Notes: generated from the sequence alone by a model not told the origin. Numbered from the stretch's first letter, positions 1 to 9,570 are shown. The stretch: DNA of 64,000 nt from Pseudomonadota bacterium (GCA_022572685.1 JACZVL010000001.1:3914-67913), one strand, 5' to 3'. Made by a program: numbers and translations.

Positions 1-704
1 GCATCAGCATCGACGTGGCGAGGGGTGAGAAGCTCTCGATCATCGGGCCCAGCGGATCGGGCAAGACCACGCTCCTGCGTTGCATCAACTACCTGGAGAA
101 GCCGACCGCGGGCCACATCTACGTGGACGATAAGCTGATCGGAGAAAAGCAGGTGAACGGCAAGTTCGTGCACTTGAGCGATCGGGAATTGGCCAAGGAG
201 CGCGCCGAGATCGGCTTCGTCTTTCAGCGTTTCAACCTGTTTCCGCACCTGACGGCGCTCGACAACGTGTCGGTGGCGCCGCGCCGTGTCTTGGGCCTGG
301 AGAAACGCGACGCCGAGGAGCGCGCCCTCGCCATGCTCGAAAAGGTGGGCCTGGCGCACAAGGCCGGCGAGTACCCGGAGCGGCTGTCGGGCGGCCAGCA
401 GCAGCGGGTCGCGATAGCCCGGGTCTTGGTGATGCAACCAAAATTGATACTGCTTGACGAGGCGACCTCGGCCTTGGATCCGGAGCTGATCGGCGAGGTT
501 CTGAAAGTGATCCGCGAACTCGCCGAAGAGGGCCGCACCATGATCATGGTGACCCACGAGATCCCCTTCGCCGAAGAAATCTCCGACCGCGTGATCTTCA
601 TGGACGACGGCAAAATCGTCGAGGAAGGCCCGCCGCACGAGATCTTCTCGAACCCGACGCACGAGCGCACCCGGGTATTCCTGCGCCAGATCATCGATCG
701 TTGA
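1..704 (+). CDS. Polar amino-acid ABC transporter ATP-binding protein (5' partial, runs off the window start)
   Basis: Walker A GPSGSGKTT lies only ~12 aa into the ORF, so the N-terminus is missing. ABC signature LSGGQQQRVAIAR and Walker B LILLDEATSALD are present. Followed by two permease genes. Confidence 0.9.
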   Translation, partial: ISIDVARGEKLSIIGPSGSGKTTLLRCINYLEKPTAGHIYVDDKLIGEKQVNGKFVHLSDRELAKERAEIGFVFQRFNLFPHLTALDNVSVAPRRVLGLEKRDAEERALAMLEKVGLAHKAGEYPERLSGGQQQRVAIARVLVMQPKLILLDEATSALDPELIGEVLKVIRELAEEGRTMIMVTHEIPFAEEISDRVIFMDDGKIVEEGPPHEIFSNPTHERTRVFLRQIIDR

Positions 705-734
705 CCATGGGCAGCGCGGCCGCTCCTCGGTGTA

Positions 735-1412
735 ATGCCTGAGTTCTGGATCAAGATGTGGGAGTGGTGGCCGGAGATCTTTCCGGTGCTTCTCCGTGCC
801 ACCGCCATGACGGTACAGGTCATGATCGGGGCGCTGATCGTGGCGCTGATCCTGGGCATGGCCGTTGCGCTGATGCGCATATCGACATTCAAGCTGCTGC
901 GCTATCCGGCTCTGTTCTATACCGACGTGATGCGCGGTACGCCGGCGCTGGTACAGATTTTCATCATCTATTTCGGCCTATCGGACTTGGGCATCGAGTT
1001 CGATCCGGTCAGCGCCGCGATCATCGGCTTGGGCATGAACGGCGCCGCCTATGTCGGCGAAATCTACCGCGCCGGGATCGAGGCCATCCACAGGGGTCAG
1101 GTCGAGGCGGCGCTGTCGCTGGGCATGACTCCGGTCCGCGCCATGCGCTACATCATTTTGCCGCAGGCCCTGCGGCTGATGCTGCCGCCGCTATGCAACT
1201 ACGCGATCCTGTTGGTGAAGGATACCGCGATCATTTCGACCATCGCGGCGCCGGAGATCATGTTCGAGGCCCGCCGCCTCGTACAGGCGACCTTCATGTA
1301 CAGCATCAGCGGCCAGATCTACCTGATTTGCGCCGGTTTCTACCTGGCCCTGACCCTGCCCCTGTCCCAGGTGGCCAAGCGGCTTGAAAAGGCCAAGGAA
1401 CGGTGGCGATGA
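735..1412 (+). CDS. Amino-acid ABC transporter permease (His/Glu/Gln/Arg/opine family)
   Basis: 225-aa hydrophobic ORF with ATG start. Contains the EAA-loop-like segment GQVEAALSLGMTPVRAMRYIILPQALR typical of polar amino-acid permeases. Confidence 0.85.
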   Translation: MPEFWIKMWEWWPEIFPVLLRATAMTVQVMIGALIVALILGMAVALMRISTFKLLRYPALFYTDVMRGTPALVQIFIIYFGLSDLGIEFDPVSAAIIGLGMNGAAYVGEIYRAGIEAIHRGQVEAALSLGMTPVRAMRYIILPQALRLMLPPLCNYAILLVKDTAIISTIAAPEIMFEARRLVQATFMYSISGQIYLICAGFYLALTLPLSQVAKRLEKAKERWR

Positions 1413-1428
1413 CGCGGGGGGCAGCACG

Positions 1429-2115
1429 GTGATCGACTTCCTGCGAGGTTACGAGGACTATCTCGGCGGTTGGCTCTGGGAGATGGGCATCGCCTCGCTC
1501 GCCACGCTCCAGCTGATGTTCGTGTCGTTCTGGCTCGCCTGCGCCATCGGGATGGTCGCGGCCCTGATCCCCATGGCGCGCATCAAGTCGCTCAACCTCT
1601 TGGTGAAACTGTACATCGGCTTCTTCCGCGGCGTGCCGGTTCTCGTCATTCTCTATTGGATCTATTTCGCGCTGCCGGAAATGGGCTACGAGGTCCTGGT
1701 GGTCTCATCCTATACGGCCGCGATCCTCGGGCTCGGCATACACGGCGGCGCCTTTCTCGCCGAGATCTTCCGCTCGGGGATCGAATCGCTGCACAAGGGG
1801 CAGATGGAAGCGGCCCTGTCGCTCGGCATGACCCCGGCCAAGGCGATGGCCTATATCGTCCTGCCGCAGGCGATTCGGGTCGTGCTGCCGCCGATCGCGA
1901 ACTTCGCGGTCGGCCTGCTCAAGGAAACCGCGCTGTGCTCCATCATCGCCGCGCCAGAGCTGATGCTGCGGGCCAAGGACCTGGCGTCATCGTCCTTCCT
2001 GCCCATGCACGCTTTCGTGATGGCGGCGGTCTTTTACTACATCATGAGTTTCCCGCTGATGCGCGCGGTCGAGTACCTGGAAGTCAAGATGGGAAAGGGA
2101 CTGCGGACCGGGTAA
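1429..2115 (+). CDS. Amino-acid ABC transporter permease (second subunit)
   Basis: Paralog of the preceding permease (GQMEAALSLGMTPAKAMAYIVLPQAIR). The start is uncertain. The track ORF begins at TTG 1384, overlapping the upstream gene. GTG 1429 is the first in-frame start after the upstream stop. Confidence 0.8.
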   Translation: MIDFLRGYEDYLGGWLWEMGIASLATLQLMFVSFWLACAIGMVAALIPMARIKSLNLLVKLYIGFFRGVPVLVILYWIYFALPEMGYEVLVVSSYTAAILGLGIHGGAFLAEIFRSGIESLHKGQMEAALSLGMTPAKAMAYIVLPQAIRVVLPPIANFAVGLLKETALCSIIAAPELMLRAKDLASSSFLPMHAFVMAAVFYYIMSFPLMRAVEYLEVKMGKGLRTG

Positions 2116-2128
2116 GCCCGGATGCCGC

Positions 2129-3223
2129 TCACGCCATGCCGTAGCGCTCGATTGCATCGGCGCGGATATCGGTTCCGATCCCGGGTTCCTGCGGCACCAC
2201 GGCGTGGCCTCGGTCGATCACGACCGGGCGCTCGAAGATCGGGGCCAGCCATGGGATATATTCGATCATCAGGCCGTGGCGCGTGACCGCCATCAGGTGG
2301 ACATCGATCTGCATCAGGTTGAACCCCGCCGGCACCACCGGCAAGCCGAACGAGCGGGCGAGCTCCGCCACCTCCATCCAGCAGGTGATGCCGCCGAGCT
2401 TCAGCACGTCGGGCTGCGCGATGCCCAGTGCCCCGGCGGCCATGAAGTCGCGAAACATGCGCTTGTCGTAGAGCGTCTCGCCGGCCAGGATCGGAATCTC
2501 GGTCTCGCGCGCTAGAGCCGCGTGGGCCGGAACGTCGAAGGGATGCAGGGGCTCCTCCAGCCAATAAGGCCGGTAATCCGCAAAGCGGCGAACGGCGCGC
2601 CGGGCCTCGGCCAGATCCCAACGCCCATTGGCGTCGATCATGACCGGATAGTCGGGTCCGACCGCATCGCGCACGGCGGCGAGGCGCTGGCAATCCTCCG
2701 CGATCTCCGGCTTGCCCACCTTCATCTTGAAGCCGCGGAAACCGGCCGCCTTCACCGTCCTGGCGTTGGCCACCAGCTCCGCCTCGCTGAACCCGAGCCA
2801 ACCGCCGTCGGTGCTGTAGACGGGAACGCGCGTGACGCCGTGGCCTCCCAGGATCGCCCAGAGAGGCTTTCCGGCGGCTTTCGCGATGATGTCCCATAGC
2901 GCGATCTCGGGCGCGGCCACGCCTTGAACCGCGATCCCCGTGATCCCGGTAAAGTGCCGCTCGAGATAGACGGTTCGCCACAGGTGATTGACCTGGAGCG
3001 GGTCCTTCCCGAGAAGCTTCGGTGCGAGATCGACCTCGATCAGGATCTTGAGCGCGGCGCTGCCCTCGGCGAGTGTACAGTTGTAGCCCCAGCCGATGAT
3101 CCCGTCGTCGGTCGTCACGCGGGTGGCGATGACGTCCCAGTGCGTCAGGTCGGTCATGGCATCGGCCACGGCATCCGGCAGCTCGAGACGCAGCCAGAAG
3201 ACCTCGATTTCTTCGATGCGCAT
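2129..3223 (-). CDS. Enolase-superfamily enzyme (mandelate racemase/muconate lactonizing enzyme family)
   Basis: 364 aa with N-terminal capping domain plus TIM-barrel pattern. Motifs include FKMKVG, MIDANGRWD, YWLEEP, AGE and PDVLKLGGIT. Confidence 0.85.
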   Translation of the reverse strand: MRIEEIEVFWLRLELPDAVADAMTDLTHWDVIATRVTTDDGIIGWGYNCTLAEGSAALKILIEVDLAPKLLGKDPLQVNHLWRTVYLERHFTGITGIAVQGVAAPEIALWDIIAKAAGKPLWAILGGHGVTRVPVYSTDGGWLGFSEAELVANARTVKAAGFRGFKMKVGKPEIAEDCQRLAAVRDAVGPDYPVMIDANGRWDLAEARRAVRRFADYRPYWLEEPLHPFDVPAHAALARETEIPILAGETLYDKRMFRDFMAAGALGIAQPDVLKLGGITCWMEVAELARSFGLPVVPAGFNLMQIDVHLMAVTRHGLMIEYIPWLAPIFERPVVIDRGHAVVPQEPGIGTDIRADAIERYGMA

Positions 3224-3232
3224 GGCGCCGGT

Positions 3233-4054
3233 CTATCCGGTCCCGTCGAACAGAAACTTGGCGTTTCGCGCGCAGATAGCGCCGTGCAGGGTTAGGGCCG
3301 CCGCGTCGAACTCGGCCGCCGGGCGCGGCTCGTGCTCGAAGTGGTTATCCGGGTCGGCGCCGCGAACCAGGGTCGCGCTGTCGCTGTCGCCGCGAGCCTG
3401 ACGGACCGTGGTCGGGATATAGCGGATCGAGAAGCCGACGCGGCGGCGATCGGACCGGTTGGGCGCCGAGCCATGGAACAGCTTGGCGTGATGGAGCGAC
3501 ATCTGACCGGGCAGCAGTTCCACGTCGACCGCGCGGGATTCGTCGACCCCCGCCGCGATTTCCTGGCCGCGGCTCAACAGGTTGTGCTCGCCGTAGGTAT
3601 CCCGGTGCGGCATGGCCGCGCCGAGATGGCTGCCCGGAACGACCCGCATGCAGCCATTCTCCGAGCTACTCTCCGAAAGCGCCAACCAGGCAGTGACCAC
3701 ATCGGGGGGTTCCAGCCCCCAGTAGGTCAGGTCCTGGTGCCAGGACACGTAGCGGGGGTCCGCCGAATCCTTCGCGAAGATGCTGGAGCTCCAGGCCAGG
3801 ATGTCGGCGCCCAGTAGATCCTCAACGGCGTCCAGGATCGCCGGTAGATGCAGCAGCTCGTCGAGGCAGCGGAACACCAGATGCGATTTCATCTTGAGCA
3901 CGGCGGCCGCTTCGGTGCGCCCGGCCGCCGCCCGGTCAAGCCGTGCCAGGAAGGCGGCCGCGTCGTCCGGCGCCAGGACCGTGATCGGGCTACAGTAACC
4001 CTGGTCCCGGTAGCGCCCAATCTCGGCCGTCGAAAGTCGCTTCGGCATAGGCAA
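3233..4054 (-). CDS. Phytanoyl-CoA dioxygenase (PhyH) family Fe(II)/2-oxoglutarate oxygenase
   Basis: 273 aa. Contains the WHQD (HxD) iron-ligand motif, a distal LHHAKLFHGSAPN histidine, and R..GFSIRY typical of the PhyH family. Confidence 0.8.
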   Translation of the reverse strand: MPMPKRLSTAEIGRYRDQGYCSPITVLAPDDAAAFLARLDRAAAGRTEAAAVLKMKSHLVFRCLDELLHLPAILDAVEDLLGADILAWSSSIFAKDSADPRYVSWHQDLTYWGLEPPDVVTAWLALSESSSENGCMRVVPGSHLGAAMPHRDTYGEHNLLSRGQEIAAGVDESRAVDVELLPGQMSLHHAKLFHGSAPNRSDRRRVGFSIRYIPTTVRQARGDSDSATLVRGADPDNHFEHEPRPAAEFDAAALTLHGAICARNAKFLFDGTG

Positions 4055-4154
4055 GCCCCGCTGCGTTGCCGCCGCGGCGGCAAGTTGATATCATTCAATC
4101 CTAACGTTTTTTACGACCCGAATTCCAGGTCGCAATTGCCGGGGGAACGCGAAC

Positions 4155-5309
4155 GTGAAGGTCGTCAAACTGGAGGCCTATCCGACCCGGGTGGCCTACA
4201 AGCATACCGAAGTCAGCTCCCTGATCGCACGCGGCGGCGTGACCGATACGATTCTCAAGCTGACCACCGACGACGGCCTCGTCGGCTGGGGCGAGTGCAC
4301 CCGCGCCGCCGATGCGGCCGGGATCGAGAGCGCGGTCAAGGCGATGGCCCCCATGGTCCTGGGTCGGGATCCCTGGGACAAGGAGGCGATCCAGCGCGAT
4401 CTCTACATTGGCGGGCTCTGGGAATTCCAGCCGATGACCGGCAACTTCGCCTACGCCGGGATCGACATGGCGCTCTGGGATCTCTGCGGCAAGGCCTGCG
4501 GCCAGCCGCTCTATCGCCTGTTCGGCGGCGCCCTGCGCGAGGCGGTCGATTATTTCTATTACATGGAACGCGGCGACGAGGCCGAGATCGAGGCGCAAGG
4601 CCGCGACGGCGTCGCGCGCGGCTATACGGTCTTTTATCTCAAGGTCGGCATCGATTCCGACGCCGAGGCGGTCATGCTGGCGGCCCTGCGTCGTGCGATC
4701 GGGCCGGAGCGCAAGATCCGCATCGACGTCAACCAGGCCTGGAATCTGCCCCAGGCCGAACGCCTTCTGAACGCCTGGCACGAAGCCTACGACCTCGATT
4801 TCGTCGAGGCGCCGGTCCCGATCGACCCGGTCGAGAACTTCCTCGAACTAAAGCGCCGGGTCACGGTCCCGCTCTGCGTCAACGAGGGTTTGTGGCGCGA
4901 GGCCGATGCCTACCGCATCATCAAGAGCCGCTGCGCCGATTACCTCTGCTTCAGCTCCTACTGGGTCGGCTCGCTCAGCTGTTTTTTCAACCTGGTCCGG
5001 GTCGCGCATTTGGAGGGCTGGCAGATCTGCAAGCATACCCACGGTGAGCTCGGCCTGACCGCCGCCGGCCAACACATGATGCTCGCCGCACCGAATGCTT
5101 GCGACGGGCATCAACAGACCGCGCAGAATCTGGAAGGCGATATCCTGACCGAATCCTTGCCGATCGCGGATGGCCCCAAGTGGGGGCGCATCGAGCAGCC
5201 GGGGCTCGGCGTCGAGGTCGACGAAGACAAGCTCCTGGCCTTCCACGAGGCCTACCGCGAGCATGGCGAATTTCCACCCTACGGCGACCGCTTCCCTCTA
5301 CAGGGATAG
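4155..5309 (+). CDS. Enolase-superfamily enzyme (muconate cycloisomerase-like subgroup)
   Basis: 384 aa with GTG start. Motifs include LKVG, RIDVNQAW, FVEAP and LCVNEG. Divergent from the PhyH gene. Confidence 0.85.
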   Translation: MKVVKLEAYPTRVAYKHTEVSSLIARGGVTDTILKLTTDDGLVGWGECTRAADAAGIESAVKAMAPMVLGRDPWDKEAIQRDLYIGGLWEFQPMTGNFAYAGIDMALWDLCGKACGQPLYRLFGGALREAVDYFYYMERGDEAEIEAQGRDGVARGYTVFYLKVGIDSDAEAVMLAALRRAIGPERKIRIDVNQAWNLPQAERLLNAWHEAYDLDFVEAPVPIDPVENFLELKRRVTVPLCVNEGLWREADAYRIIKSRCADYLCFSSYWVGSLSCFFNLVRVAHLEGWQICKHTHGELGLTAAGQHMMLAAPNACDGHQQTAQNLEGDILTESLPIADGPKWGRIEQPGLGVEVDEDKLLAFHEAYREHGEFPPYGDRFPLQG

Positions 5310-5374
5310 GCGCGGGAGACACCGCCGCTACCGGTATTCCGCGCAACCTCGATCCGAGAATCACCAGGAAGACC

Positions 5375-5417
5375 GTCGGTGCGGCACCCGTCGTCAATGA
5401 TCGGTTGCCGCACCGAC
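5375..5417. terminator. Stem-loop between convergent genes (12-bp perfect stem GTCGGTGCGGCA/TGCCGCACCGAC, 19-nt loop)
   Basis: Inverted repeat read directly at 5375-5386 and 5406-5417. It sits between the stop of 4155-5309 (+) and the stop of the SBP fragment (-). There is no clear U-tract. Confidence 0.35.
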
Positions 5418-5425
5418 AGCAGAAA

Positions 5426-6421
5426 TTACTTGTCCTTCCACAATTCCCGGAACCGCGGAATCTGGTCGGCGATCCATTCGAAGCCGTGGACGTTCTTGCC
5501 CGTCGCCCCATACTCAACGGCAAAGAACAAGGGCACGTTCGGAATATCCTCGATCAGGATTTTCTGAACTTCCGAATACAGTGGTTTTCGCACCGCGAGG
5601 TCGTCGGTTCCGCGGGCCTCATCCAACAGCGCGTCCATCTTCGGATTGTTGTAGCCGGTGGAATTTGCAAAGCCCTTGCTGTGGAACAGGATGTACAGCA
5701 AACCATCCGGGTCGGGCCGTTGCGTCCAACGGGTCGGCGTGAAGTTGACGAGCCGCTTGACGACGCGACCGTACCATTCCTTCCGTGCCACAGGCTTGAT
5801 CGTGACCGTCATCCCGGCGGCCGCGAGCTGCTCTTGAACGAGCTGGCTGATCTGTTGATAGATGGAAGCGGTCGATGAATAGAGCACCAGCTCCGTACCC
5901 GGCTGGTAACCGGCCTTCACGAGGTATTCCTTCGCCTTGCCCACGTCATAGGAGTAGCTCTTGATGGTTTCATCGTACCACCATAGGCCCGGCGGTGTCG
6001 GGCCGTTGGCGATCTCGGCCTTGCCGGCCATGGTAATTTCCACGATCCGCTTGCGGTCGATGGCGTGCGCGATGGCCCGGCGGAGGTTGACGTTGTCGAA
6101 GGGCGCTTCATACACGTGCCATTGCAGCGAATACCACCTTCCGACCGTGGCCCGGTAGAGCTTGATGTCGGTGTTATTTTCTATCGGCCGAATATCGTTG
6201 GGTGAAAGCTGACCGACATAGTCGAGTTCACCGGTGGCGAGGCGCTGCAAGCCAACGATGGAGGCCGAGGTATCCTGGAAATTGACCGCGTCAAGATATG
6301 GCAACCCCTGTTCCCAATAATCCTTGTTGCGTTCCACCAGAATATGGCTGCCGCGCACCCATTCCTTGAAAACAAAGGCGCCTGTGCCGACCGGATTGCT
6401 GCCGAAATCCTTGCCCCATTT
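5426..6421 (-). pseudogene. 5'-truncated ABC transporter substrate-binding protein, peptide/nickel family 5 (C-terminal ~330 codons only)
   Basis: The reading frame stays open above the annotated Met as ...KWGKDFGSNPVGTGAFVFKEWVRGSHILVERNKDYW, then hits TAA at 6422-6424. The first ~190 aa and the signal peptide expected for this ~500-aa family are absent. No partner permease or ATPase genes are nearby. Confidence 0.7.
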
Positions 6422-6517
6422 TTACGGTTCTTGGCGCAGGGTAGGGCCTTCGAAAATCTCTGCTGTGTTCCGCTCTTTCCCGATATCGCGTATTGCGCGC
6501 TTTCTCATTTTGTCTTA

Positions 6518-6527
6518 TGGTATACCG
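6518..6527. promoter_or_regulatory. Candidate FadR-type GntR operator half-palindrome TGGTATACCg upstream of the LLM oxidoreductase gene
   Basis: 9/10 match to the perfect palindrome TGGTATACCA at 9743-9752. Lies in AT-rich DNA ~70 nt upstream of the ATG at 6595. Confidence 0.35.
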
Positions 6528-6594
6528 TATTATTAAACACGCCAAGCGTGGTTTATAAACCGGCATCGGCTCTTCGGATACAGAGGATAAGGCA

Positions 6595-7773
6595 ATGAAG
6601 TTCGGTTACTTCCACAATATTCACGACATCACGTTGAAGCGGGATTACGAGGATCTGCTGAACGAGATGCGTGAGATCGCGGCGATCTGCGACGATGGTG
6701 GCATCCACTGTTTCTGGTTGCCCGAACATCACTTCAGCATCTGGGGCCGCGAGTTGATGCCCAATCCGGTGCTCATGGCCGCCGACATCGGCGCTCGAAC
6801 CAAAAACATGCGGATCGGGCTGGCGGCGGCGATCATCACCTTTTGGCACCCCTTGCGCCTGGCCGAGGACATCTCTCTCCTGGACAATCTGATCGGAGGT
6901 CGCCTGGAGTTGGCGGTCGGGCGTGGCAACTACGGACTGGAAGCCTTGAATCTGAACCCGGCCGCCGATCCCAACGATCCAGAACGCAATTTCAAGGTCT
7001 TCAAGGAAACCTTCCACATTCTGAAAACGGCCCTGACTAATGAGCGGTTCTCCCACAAAGGAGATCTCTACACTTATCCGGCACCGGGATTCAAGGTGGA
7101 CCGGGCGCACACCGTCGATGACCCCGACTATATCGACCCGGAGACCGGGGAGCTGATTAAAATCTCGATCTATCCGCGGCCGAAGCAGACCCCCTATCCG
7201 CCCCTCTGGCAGGTGGTCAGCGCATCGCCCTTATCGCTTCAATTCGCGGCGGAGAACGACATGGGCATCATCATGTGGCGCCATCCGGTGAAGTTCCTCA
7301 AGAACCGGCTGCGCATGTATCGGGATTTTGCCTCGAAGGCCACCGGCCGGGAGCTCCCCTTCGGCGCCCGAACGGCTATTCTCCGTGACACCTATATCGC
7401 CGAGAGCGAAGCGGAGGCCCGTAAGATCGCCGGGGATGCTGTCATGGGTTCGTTCAATTTCAGCAACTGGCGCGGCCCCGGGGTCTACCTGAATCCCGAT
7501 GAGAAACTGGATCCGGAGCTTGAGGCCAGTCTCAACGACGAACTGACCTTTGATTTCGTGAACCAGCGGTCGCTGTTGTTCGGATCGCCCGAACAGGTCG
7601 TCGACAAGCTGATGGAGCTATGGGAGGAGACCCATATCGAGCAGGTGGCGTTCAAGTGCTCGTGGCCAGGTTTCCCCCACGAACACACCATCCGCAGCAT
7701 CAAACTTCTCATCGGTGAAGTGATTCCAGAAGTCAATCGGCGGCTTCAGGCACAGGCGAACGCCGCTGAGTGA
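6595..7773 (+). CDS. LLM-class (luciferase-like) flavin/F420-dependent oxidoreductase
   Basis: 392 aa with a bacterial luciferase-like TIM-barrel pattern (FWLPEHHF, RLELAVGRG, LLFGSPEQVVDKL). Confidence 0.85.
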   Translation: MKFGYFHNIHDITLKRDYEDLLNEMREIAAICDDGGIHCFWLPEHHFSIWGRELMPNPVLMAADIGARTKNMRIGLAAAIITFWHPLRLAEDISLLDNLIGGRLELAVGRGNYGLEALNLNPAADPNDPERNFKVFKETFHILKTALTNERFSHKGDLYTYPAPGFKVDRAHTVDDPDYIDPETGELIKISIYPRPKQTPYPPLWQVVSASPLSLQFAAENDMGIIMWRHPVKFLKNRLRMYRDFASKATGRELPFGARTAILRDTYIAESEAEARKIAGDAVMGSFNFSNWRGPGVYLNPDEKLDPELEASLNDELTFDFVNQRSLLFGSPEQVVDKLMELWEETHIEQVAFKCSWPGFPHEHTIRSIKLLIGEVIPEVNRRLQAQANAAE

Positions 7774-7785
7774 TTTTTCCGGCTT

Positions 7786-7845
7786 CCCACTGTCTGCCCC
7801 ACTGTCTGCCCCACTGCCCGCCCCACTGCCCGCCCCACTGCCCAC
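7786..7845. repeat. Tandem repeat, 5 x 12 bp (CCCACTGTCTGC x2, CCCACTGCCCGC x2, CCCACTGCCCAC)
   Basis: Read directly. Intergenic, between the convergent stops at 7773 (+) and 7851 (-). Confidence 0.9.
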
Positions 7846-7850
7846 ATCGT

Positions 7851-8831
7851 CTAGTGCCCGCTGTCCCGCGGCGGCCGCGGTTGATAGGCCGCCTCGAGGG
7901 CCGCGACGTCGTCTTCATCCAGACTGATATCGAGGGTCGCCAACGCCTCATCGATATGTTCCGGACGGGTCGCGCCAAAGATCGGCGCCGTAATTCCGGG
8001 TTGTTGCAGAACCCAGGCAAGGGCCACCTGTGCGGTGGTCAAGTTGCGGACGTCGGCGATCTTTTTTGTCGCCTCATAGACGGCGAAATCGCCATCCCGG
8101 TAATAGTACTTGTGAGTATATGAATCGCTCTCCGTCCGTCGGGTCGCGTTCTCGGTCCGCCGCCGGTCGGCACAAAGGAACCCGCGTGCGAAGGGGCTAA
8201 AGGGGATCAGCGCGACGCCCTCGGCGCGGCAAAGGGGGATCAGTTCCCTTTCCACTTCCCGATGGCAGAGATTGTATTCGCACTGCATGGACACGAAGGG
8301 CGGCGCCAGAGTCGTCGCCGCGATATGCTGAATCTTGGCGAAACACCACGCCGGCAGAGTCGTCACGCCGACGTATCGCACCTTTCCGGCACGGACCACG
8401 TCCGCGAATGCGTCGACCAATTCGTCCAAATTCGTCTCAGGGTCCCAGATGTGGGTTTGGTAGAGATCGATATAGTCCGTTTTCAAGCGCTTCAAAGAGG
8501 CATCGACCCCATCGAAGATGTGCTTGCGGGAAAACCCGCGAGCGTTCGGGTGGTCCGACATGGGGTTGCCAACCTTGGTGGCCACGATGACTTCGTCCCG
8601 GGGGGCGTATTCGAGAAGCGCGCGCCCCAGGATGGTTTCACTCTCGCCGATGGAATAGAAATCGCAGGTGTCGAAAAAATTGATGCCGCTGTCCAGCGCC
8701 TTTTTGATAATGGCCCGGCTATCGGAGTCGTCGAGCACCCATTCGCGCCAGTCGCGCGACCCAAACCCCATGGCCCCCAAGGCAAGGCGAGAGACTTTCA
8801 GATTGGATTTTCCGAATCGAATATACTGCAT
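7851..8831 (-). CDS. Aldo/keto reductase
   Basis: 326 aa. Contains SRLALGAMGFG, FFDTCDFY, DLYQTHIWD and the C-terminal IFGATRPEHIDEAL typical of the AKR family. Confidence 0.9.
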   Translation of the reverse strand: MQYIRFGKSNLKVSRLALGAMGFGSRDWREWVLDDSDSRAIIKKALDSGINFFDTCDFYSIGESETILGRALLEYAPRDEVIVATKVGNPMSDHPNARGFSRKHIFDGVDASLKRLKTDYIDLYQTHIWDPETNLDELVDAFADVVRAGKVRYVGVTTLPAWCFAKIQHIAATTLAPPFVSMQCEYNLCHREVERELIPLCRAEGVALIPFSPFARGFLCADRRRTENATRRTESDSYTHKYYYRDGDFAVYEATKKIADVRNLTTAQVALAWVLQQPGITAPIFGATRPEHIDEALATLDISLDEDDVAALEAAYQPRPPRDSGH

Positions 8832-8861
8832 CTCGGTCAGAGCGCTCCTTGGTCGGTAACG

Positions 8862-9569
8862 TCATGTGATGGATTCGTCTTCGTGTTCGCGTAGAACCTT
8901 GGCCGCAAATTTCGCCGACCTTTCAACGAATTCTCGGCAGTGCCTGGCCGTTGCCGGGGCGTCCCGGCGCAACGCCGCGTCAACGATCTCACGCATTCTG
9001 GCGTTGGTTTCCGCCTTGTATTCCGAATCCGACGCCTGCGCGGTCAATGCGCGGAGATAGTTCATGCGGGCCCGCAAGGTGCGGAGAACGGCCTTGGCCA
9101 CGTCGTTTCCCGCGCCGGTCAACAAAACCTCGTAAAATTCGTCGAGAGCCTGCACGTAGGGCATGACGGTGGATTTCTTGACCGATTTTTCCAACCGATT
9201 GAAGGCAGCTTCCAGGGCCTTGAGCTCCTTGTCGCTGGCCCGCTTGACGAACATCCGACCGGCGGCGGATTCGAGTGACGCACGGACTTCGTAAATTTGC
9301 CACGCCTCACCGGCGGATACCGTCGCCACGTAGAGGCCCTTGTTCTGGACCCGTTTGACCAGGCCCTCCGATTCCAGGTGTTGCAAGGCTTCGCGAACAC
9401 AAGTCCGGCTGACACCCGTCTGTTCACATAAGGAGCGCTCGATCAATCTTTGTTTGGGTTTGAAATGCATGCTGAGAATGGCGTTCCTCAGAGCCTCGGT
9501 CGTCAACTCGCGAAGATTCGGAGAGCTCTTGACTACTCTGATTGCGTCATTGGCGGTCAAATTCGTCAT
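8862..9569 (-). CDS. GntR-family transcriptional regulator, FadR subfamily (N-terminal wHTH plus FCD domain)
   Basis: 235 aa. The wHTH is LIERSLCEQTGVSRTCVREALQHLESEGLVKRVQNKGLYV, followed by an all-helical C-terminal domain. Confidence 0.9.
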   Translation of the reverse strand: MTNLTANDAIRVVKSSPNLRELTTEALRNAILSMHFKPKQRLIERSLCEQTGVSRTCVREALQHLESEGLVKRVQNKGLYVATVSAGEAWQIYEVRASLESAAGRMFVKRASDKELKALEAAFNRLEKSVKKSTVMPYVQALDEFYEVLLTGAGNDVAKAVLRTLRARMNYLRALTAQASDSEYKAETNARMREIVDAALRRDAPATARHCREFVERSAKFAAKVLREHEDESIT

Positions 9570-9570
9570 C

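Noticed and set aside
7786-7845. CRISPR array (also considered for 9571-9621 and 39475-39524)
   Set aside because: The units are 12-17 bp and strictly tandem with no spacers. No cas genes are present.
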